This document shows, one piece after another, positions 58,714 to 64,000 of a DNA stretch of 64,000 nt. Source of the DNA: Opitutia bacterium (lineage in GTDB: Bacteria; Verrucomicrobiota; Verrucomicrobiia; Opitutales; Opitutaceae); NCBI GenBank assembly GCA_016217595.1, contig JACRHS010000016.1, positions 1-64,000 of the forward strand. Direction: 5' to 3'. Positions within the stretch are counted from its first letter, which is position 1. The number at the start of each line of letters is the position of its first letter. Under the pieces are notes generated by a model. The model was not told the DNA's origin, did not search any database, and saw only the letters and a list, made by a program, of their open reading frames with translations. The position numbers and the translations under genes are program-made.

Positions 58714-59313
58714 TCAAGCGGGACTTTCGGTGGCGCGCCCGGCGGTCGGTCGATCCGGGAAGTCTTTGCCGAGGGGAAACCGTTGCAGGCGCGTGTGCAC
58801 GGCTCCGTCACTCGTAAGCTCGCTGCGGTACATATCGAAGGCTTCGGCACGGAAGGGCGCGGAGGCGAAATCCCGGTACGTCTTCAGAAATTGTGCGGCG
58901 GCGGTCGGTGCCGCTTCGCGTCGCACCCGTGCCAGCGTGACGTGCGGATGAAAGGTCCGCAGCTCCACCGGCAGGCCCAGTGCGAGGAGCGCATCGTCGA
59001 TTTGCTGGCGCAGTTGAAACAGGCGCGGATGCCCGCGGCCCACGCCCACCCACAGCACTTGTGCCGCCCCGCGCGGCGGAAATACGCCCACTCCCTCCAG
59101 CGGCAACACGAAGGGCTCGACGCGGACGCGCGCGAGCGCAGCCGTCAGTTCCTTCAACCGCTCTTCCGCGATATCGCCGAGGAAGCGCATCGTGAGATGA
59201 AGTTGCCCCTGCGGCGTCCAGCTCCACCCCCGCGCGGCACTGCGCAGCTCCGCCAGCGTATCGCGATGGGCATCGGGCAGACTGATGGCAATGAAGAGGC
59301 GGAGACTGGGCAC
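58714..59313 (-). CDS. thpR: RNA 2',3'-cyclic phosphodiesterase (2H family, ThpR/LigT)
   Basis: Two H-x-T-x motifs (HLTMRFLG, HPHVTLAR). ~199 aa from GTG at 59313. The rest of the 515-aa track ORF is antisense to pfk. Confidence 0.75.
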   Translation of the reverse strand: MPSLRLFIAISLPDAHRDTLAELRSAARGWSWTPQGQLHLTMRFLGDIAEERLKELTAALARVRVEPFVLPLEGVGVFPPRGAAQVLWVGVGRGHPRLFQLRQQIDDALLALGLPVELRTFHPHVTLARVRREAAPTAAAQFLKTYRDFASAPFRAEAFDMYRSELTSDGAVHTRLQRFPLGKDFPDRPTAGRATESPA

Positions 59314-59403
59314 GCCGGACGCTAAAGCCCGCGGTGCGCGTGCGACAATCCTCAGATGAACGCGGCCTTGTAACTTTTGCGCCGTTGCGACAGCCTGCGG
59401 CGC

Positions 59404-60489
59404 ATGGCTGAACGCATCGGTATCCTCACGGGCGGCGGCGATTGCCCCGGCCTCAATGCAGTGATTCGCGCGGTGGTGAAATCTGCCACCCGCCTCGGTT
59501 GGGAAACCATCGGTATCCAAAAAGGCTTCGAGGGACTGTTGCACCCGGTGTCCTGCATGAAACTCGATCACCGCGAAATGGGTGCGCTGCTCACCTCCGG
59601 CGGCACGGTGCTCGGCACCACCAATCGCGGGCGCTTTGCCGCCAAGACCGGTCACGGCGAAGGCCGCTCCATTCCGGTCGAGATTCTCGACGAGGCGAAG
59701 CGCAACTGCGAGGCGCTGGGCCTGCGTGCGCTGATTTGTGTCGGCGGCGACGGCTCGCTGTCGATTGCGCAACAATTGTTCGAACACGGCGTGCCGGTCG
59801 TCGGCGTGCCCAAGACCATCGACAACGATCTCGAAGCGACGGTCGTCACGTTCGGTTTCGATTCGGCGGTCGCGTGTGCCACCGATGCGCTCGACCGGCT
59901 GCACACCACCGCGGCCAGCCACAATCGCGTGATGGTGCTCGAAGTGATGGGCCGGTACGCCGGGTGGATCGCGGCGCACGCCGGCATCGCGGGCGGCGGC
60001 GACATTATTCTCATCCCGGAGATTCCGTTCTCCTACGACTCGATTTGCCGCAAGATCACCGAGCGCGAGGCGATGGGCCGGCTCTTCACGCTCGTGGTCG
60101 TTGCCGAGGGCGCGCGGATGAAGGACGGCGAATTCTTTACGCAGGGCGAGGCCGGTTCCGATCGCGAGGCGCGGCTGGGCGGCATCGGCAACGCGGTGGC
60201 GGCGCAGATTGCCAAGCGCACCGGGAAAGAGACGCGCGTCGTGGTTTTGGGCCATCTCCAACGCGGCGGCGGCCCGACCTGTTTCGACCGGCTCCTGTGC
60301 ACCCGCTTCGGCTCCTACGCCGTGCGGCTCGTGAAAGAGGGCAAGTACGGGTACATGGTGGCCAACCGTCCGCCCGATACCGTGGCGGTGAAAATCACCG
60401 AGGCCATCGGCAAGCTGCGCACTGTGCCGCCGGACGGCGATCTAGTGCAGACCGCCCGGATGCTCGGCATGAGTTTCGGCGACGATTGA
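59404..60489 (+). CDS. pfkA: 6-phosphofructokinase (ATP/PPi-dependent PfkA family)
   Basis: IGILTGGGDCPGLNAVIRAVV, GGDGS and PKTIDNDL motifs. ATG at 59404; track start 59377 is TTG. Confidence 0.88.
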   Translation: MAERIGILTGGGDCPGLNAVIRAVVKSATRLGWETIGIQKGFEGLLHPVSCMKLDHREMGALLTSGGTVLGTTNRGRFAAKTGHGEGRSIPVEILDEAKRNCEALGLRALICVGGDGSLSIAQQLFEHGVPVVGVPKTIDNDLEATVVTFGFDSAVACATDALDRLHTTAASHNRVMVLEVMGRYAGWIAAHAGIAGGGDIILIPEIPFSYDSICRKITEREAMGRLFTLVVVAEGARMKDGEFFTQGEAGSDREARLGGIGNAVAAQIAKRTGKETRVVVLGHLQRGGGPTCFDRLLCTRFGSYAVRLVKEGKYGYMVANRPPDTVAVKITEAIGKLRTVPPDGDLVQTARMLGMSFGDD

Positions 60490-60505
60490 CGCCGCCGCCG
60501 CGCAC

Positions 60506-61555
60506 TCACGGCAACGCGATGCGGGCGGTCAGCGTGCTCGGGCTTTCGTAGAACTCCAGATAACGGCGGTTGCCCTCCGGAGTATTCGGCTGGTCGGCAT
60601 CGCGCCACCACGTGGTGGCCAGGAAATGCTTCTTCGCCTGTTCCCAAATTTCAGGGGAGGCCGGGACGTCTTTCACCACGTAGCTCAGCTCGCGCGGAGT
60701 CATTTCGTAAATGGTGTAACGCATCGGATAAGTGACGAGCGAGGGGTGGATCAGGTTGACGATGCCATCGACGATCTGGGCCCGCGTGGAGATATGGCGG
60801 TGGCCGTTGAACACGACTTTGACGCCGTATTTTTTTAACAGCGCCTGGACCTCGCGCGCGTTGTCGAGTTGGAACCAATTCCAATGATTATGCCCGGTCT
60901 TTTCGCCGGGGCTCCAGGCCACCAGACTGTGATGGACCATCACCATGATGGTTTTGCCCTGATGGGCGCGAAGGGTTTTTTCCAGCCAGCGCAGTTGCGC
61001 GGGATCGATAGCGCCGCCGAAATCGTTCAGCTTGGCCTCGGGACTATAAACCTGCGGGCGGGAGGAATCCAAATTGACCAACACCAACCCGGGCGCCACT
61101 TCGTGCGCGTAGTAGGTCATGCCGGGCTCCATGCCGCCCGAACGCCCGAGAAACGCGCCCGCCACGGTGTATTTCGAGAGCGTCACCGGCTGGTCCTTTT
61201 GCTCGTGCGGCACGCGGCTGAGGTCGTGATTCCCGAGGGTGACAAAATAGGGCACGTTCAACTGATCGAGGAGGCGGCGCACTTCGTCGACGTTCCAAGG
61301 CTCGGCGTCTTGGGTGAGATCGCCTGCGACGAGGACGAATTGCAGGTCGGGGATCCGGTTGAGTTCGGCCACGGTGGCTTCGGTCAAGGTGCGCGTCTGC
61401 AGTCCCATCTTGAAGCCATCCGTCACGCCTTTTTGCTGCGGCAGCGAGATGTGCGGATCGGAGATGACGGCAAACTTCACTTGGTCGAAGGCCCAGCCAC
61501 TACTCGTAGCGGCGAGTACGAGCATGGCGATGAGCAGAAGGTTGAGTCGTTTCAT
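60506..61555 (-). CDS. exported metallophosphoesterase (calcineurin-like)
   Basis: Signal peptide MKRLNLLLIAMLVLAATSSGWA. Motifs ISDPH, GDLT, GNHD, GHRH. ATG at 61555. Confidence 0.8.
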   Translation of the reverse strand: MKRLNLLLIAMLVLAATSSGWAFDQVKFAVISDPHISLPQQKGVTDGFKMGLQTRTLTEATVAELNRIPDLQFVLVAGDLTQDAEPWNVDEVRRLLDQLNVPYFVTLGNHDLSRVPHEQKDQPVTLSKYTVAGAFLGRSGGMEPGMTYYAHEVAPGLVLVNLDSSRPQVYSPEAKLNDFGGAIDPAQLRWLEKTLRAHQGKTIMVMVHHSLVAWSPGEKTGHNHWNWFQLDNAREVQALLKKYGVKVVFNGHRHISTRAQIVDGIVNLIHPSLVTYPMRYTIYEMTPRELSYVVKDVPASPEIWEQAKKHFLATTWWRDADQPNTPEGNRRYLEFYESPSTLTARIALP

Positions 61556-61719
61556 TGGAAGAATGGCGGGCGTTGATGGGGCTGACAAAATTGGCGCGGA
61601 AACCAATTAGCCCGGCGCTGATTCGGCGCAAGCGCGCCGGGGTGATTGATTATGCGCATCGCCAACAATTTTGGACTCGTATTTGCCAGCGCTCGGAAGC
61701 CCCTTACAATGCCGCGCGA

Positions 61720-62598
61720 ATGAAATCAGCCAAGCTCGCCGGTGTTATGTGCGTCGTGTTGGGAATGTCCGAAATCGCGTTTGCCGCCGCAGCTGCCGGT
61801 GGCGACAAGAGCCGTTACGATCTGGCGAACCCCACGCCGCGCGCGCAAATGCGCGAACTCGCGACCGACCGTCCCGATAAAACGGAGTGCCCGTTCACCG
61901 TCGACGCCGGTCATCTCCAAATCGAGTGGGACTGGGCGGTGCTCACGCACGAAAAAGACACGGCGGACGGCGCCGACACCCGGACGACGTCGTGGTCGTT
62001 GCTCCCGGTAAATTTCCGCCTCGGGCTGACCAATGCCTTTGAAGTTGGCCTCATGCTCGCTCCCCACGAACGACAGCGCATGGAAGATCGCAGCATGAGA
62101 CCGCCCGCAGTGGAGCGTTTGTCCGGCTTTGGCGATGTCACCCTGCGATGCAAATTCAACTTCTGGGGCAACGATGGCGGAGACTCGGCATTGGGGTTGA
62201 TGCCTTTTATTAAGTTTCCGACCGGACGCACCGGTCTTGGCAACAGTGCGGTTGAGGGCGGCGTGCTCTTGCCCTTCAGTCATGCCCTGCCGCTGGGATG
62301 GAGTTGTGGCGCGCAGACGGAGATCGATTTGATGAAGAACGCCACGGGCGGCGGCCGCCATCTGGAGTTTATCAACACCATTACCTTTAGCCGCACGATA
62401 GTCGGCGAGCTCGGAGGCTACGTCGAAGTGTACAGTCAACACAGTGCCGAGCGCGGTGCGCGTTGGATTGGAACGCTCGACTTCGGTTTTACCTACGGAC
62501 TCTCCAAAGACACGCAGCTCGACGCCGGGATTAATCTCGGCCTCTGTCGCGCCGCCCCCAACACCGAGATCTTCACTGGCTTCACGGTACGGTTCTAG
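61720..62598 (+). CDS. outer-membrane beta-barrel protein (MetA-pathway/phenol-degradation-like transporter family, putative)
   Basis: Signal peptide MKSAKLAGVMCVVLGMSEIAFA. Alternating amphipathic beta-strands. C-terminal aromatic residue (…TGFTVRF). Confidence 0.55.
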   Translation: MKSAKLAGVMCVVLGMSEIAFAAAAAGGDKSRYDLANPTPRAQMRELATDRPDKTECPFTVDAGHLQIEWDWAVLTHEKDTADGADTRTTSWSLLPVNFRLGLTNAFEVGLMLAPHERQRMEDRSMRPPAVERLSGFGDVTLRCKFNFWGNDGGDSALGLMPFIKFPTGRTGLGNSAVEGGVLLPFSHALPLGWSCGAQTEIDLMKNATGGGRHLEFINTITFSRTIVGELGGYVEVYSQHSAERGARWIGTLDFGFTYGLSKDTQLDAGINLGLCRAAPNTEIFTGFTVRF

Positions 62599-62650
62599 TT
62601 GTCGGCGTCGTTGATGATGCCGCAAGAGTCGTGCGTTTTATCGGCATGCC

Positions 62651-64000
62651 TCAATAAAACAGGCAGTCGTGCGGGAGATCTTTTTTCTGACCATCGGGAG
62701 CGGTCATCTGCAGCTTGGGCACGCTCGCGCCAGAGCGGAGGAAATACTTGATCTTAATCCTGTGGAATCCCTTTTGCAGCGGAACCACGCCTTCTTTCTC
62801 GTAGCGGAAAAACGGGACGTCGTTGTCAACCACAAGCTCGTCATTGAGGTACAAGCGCGAGCCGTCGCGGGAGCTGGCAGAAAAGGCGTAGTTCCCATCG
62901 GCATCAATGCGGATGAGCCCTTCCAGAATCACTCCGGATGCCGGAAGTTTCGCGACCGATGGCATGGCTGAAGGGTGCGGCACGACTCCTGTTTCCAGCA
63001 CCCTGGCGTACTCCAATTGCTCAGTTGTCGTGAACGCGCCTTTCATGAGCCGAAATTTCAGACCGGGAGTGTTTGCGGTGTACTCGGTCGGCCGCATTGG
63101 CGCTCGATTGTACAGGAGAGTGCGTGTCACCACACTACGCCGGCCGGTGGGTGTGACAACCAGGGTCTGCAATTCCGCTTTCTTGTTTTCCGGGACGATG
63201 ACGTGCAAGGGTTTCGTGAGCTCCTGGTCGGCATCGCTCGGCGTTCGCCCATTGTAGGTGTAGTAAATCTTTGCGCCGGGCACCGGTGGCCTCAGGTCGA
63301 GAGTGAAATCCTTTCCGATCAGTATCTCGGTTATTTTACGTTGTGCGGGCGGGACGCGATAATTGATGCCGGCGGCATCGAATTTGGCCAAGTGTCGGGG
63401 AAGGCGTTCCGCGATGAAACGAGCGTAGTCTTTCTGGTGCGGAGGACTCCAGGCGATCTCCGCCAATGCCAGTCCGCGCGGCCAGATCATGTACTGCATT
63501 TTTGCCACCGTGTGGACGTGCTCCGTCCACAGGCAGCCCTCGACGCCGAGGATATATTTCTGTGCTTCACGGCTCATCTCTGCCGGCACGGGATCGTAAC
63601 CGTAGGTGAGTTCGAGCGGCGAGTAGCCGCCGTGATTGGATGGTTCCTGTGGCGAGTCGCTTTGCGCGTAGTCAAAATAGAGGCCTGAGCTTCCGGGTGT
63701 CATAATTACACCATGGCGCATAGCAGGCACCTCCCGGTTGTTTTTGGTGAAGCGCGCCATCACGGTTGCGTCGGGCGCGAGGCCGCCTTCGACGATTTCG
63801 TCCCACCCGATGAGCTTTTTGTGGCGGGCTGCCAGCAGCTGGCTCACCCGTTTGATGAAATGACTCTGCACTTCGGCCGCGTTCTTAAGGCCGTGTCGCT
63901 GCATGAACTCACGCACGCCAGCATCTTTCTCCCAGTATCCTTTGAAGCATTCGTCGCCGCCGACGTGGATGTACTCATAGGGAAACAGCGCCGAAACTTC
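62651..64000 (-). CDS. beta-N-acetylhexosaminidase (GH20), 5'-partial: C-terminal part of catalytic domain plus C-terminal beta-sandwich domains
   Basis: GH20 region LIGWDE..., WSPPHQKDYARF. Frame stays open past 63916 to the window edge; the track's M at 63916 is GTG. Confidence 0.7.
   Translation of the reverse strand, partial: EVSALFPYEYIHVGGDECFKGYWEKDAGVREFMQRHGLKNAAEVQSHFIKRVSQLLAARHKKLIGWDEIVEGGLAPDATVMARFTKNNREVPAMRHGVIMTPGSSGLYFDYAQSDSPQEPSNHGGYSPLELTYGYDPVPAEMSREAQKYILGVEGCLWTEHVHTVAKMQYMIWPRGLALAEIAWSPPHQKDYARFIAERLPRHLAKFDAAGINYRVPPAQRKITEILIGKDFTLDLRPPVPGAKIYYTYNGRTPSDADQELTKPLHVIVPENKKAELQTLVVTPTGRRSVVTRTLLYNRAPMRPTEYTANTPGLKFRLMKGAFTTTEQLEYARVLETGVVPHPSAMPSVAKLPASGVILEGLIRIDADGNYAFSASSRDGSRLYLNDELVVDNDVPFFRYEKEGVVPLQKGFHRIKIKYFLRSGASVPKLQMTAPDGQKKDLPHDCLFY

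Noticed and set aside
59314-60261. Upstream 316 codons of the 515-aa minus-strand ORF ending in thpR
   Set aside because: Only the last 199 residues show 2H-phosphoesterase motifs. The rest overlaps pfkA on the opposite strand. A GTG start at 59313 gives a normal-size ThpR.

Overview
High-GC (~65%) chromosomal segment, probably from a Verrucomicrobia/PVC-like bacterium (Tat-signal Gfo/Idh/MocA oxidoreductase, DUF1573, many hybrid kinases, weak Shine-Dalgarno use). No rRNA, CRISPR or mobile elements were seen. The centre-piece is a ~12 kb single-strand type II secretion system (T2SS)-like operon at ~5.6-17.7 kb: small periplasmic protein, then gspE-F-G-H-I-J-K-L-M-C, then a secretin that is split into two ORFs. 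Almost every gene junction is an ATGA/GTGA overlap. A sigma-54-type promoter lies upstream and a PilS/PilR-like two-component system (NtrB-like kinase plus NtrC-like sigma-54 activator) lies immediately downstream. The secretin is interrupted inside its N3 domain: the downstream half has its own Shine-Dalgarno sequence and signal peptide, and ~22-nt direct repeats flank the break. This is the most unusual feature of the window. Downstream lies an AraC-linked operon of exported proteins: a 2xLamG-like/beta-helix protein, a DUF1573 protein and a Cys-rich Tat-signal protein. Nearby are a W/A-repeat membrane protein and an unidentifiable ~490-aa cytoplasmic protein next to a 2xREC hybrid kinase. 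The rest is housekeeping: dapF, sppA, glmS, glgC, lgt, gcvTH, an ECF sigma/anti-sigma pair, a DUF3516 helicase, dgt, hisS, tRNA-Tyr, leuA, thpR, pfk and a GH20 hexosaminidase. The six-frame track is dominated by GC-driven antisense ORFs. It also shows GTG/TTG starts as M, so several starts were re-derived from the sequence.
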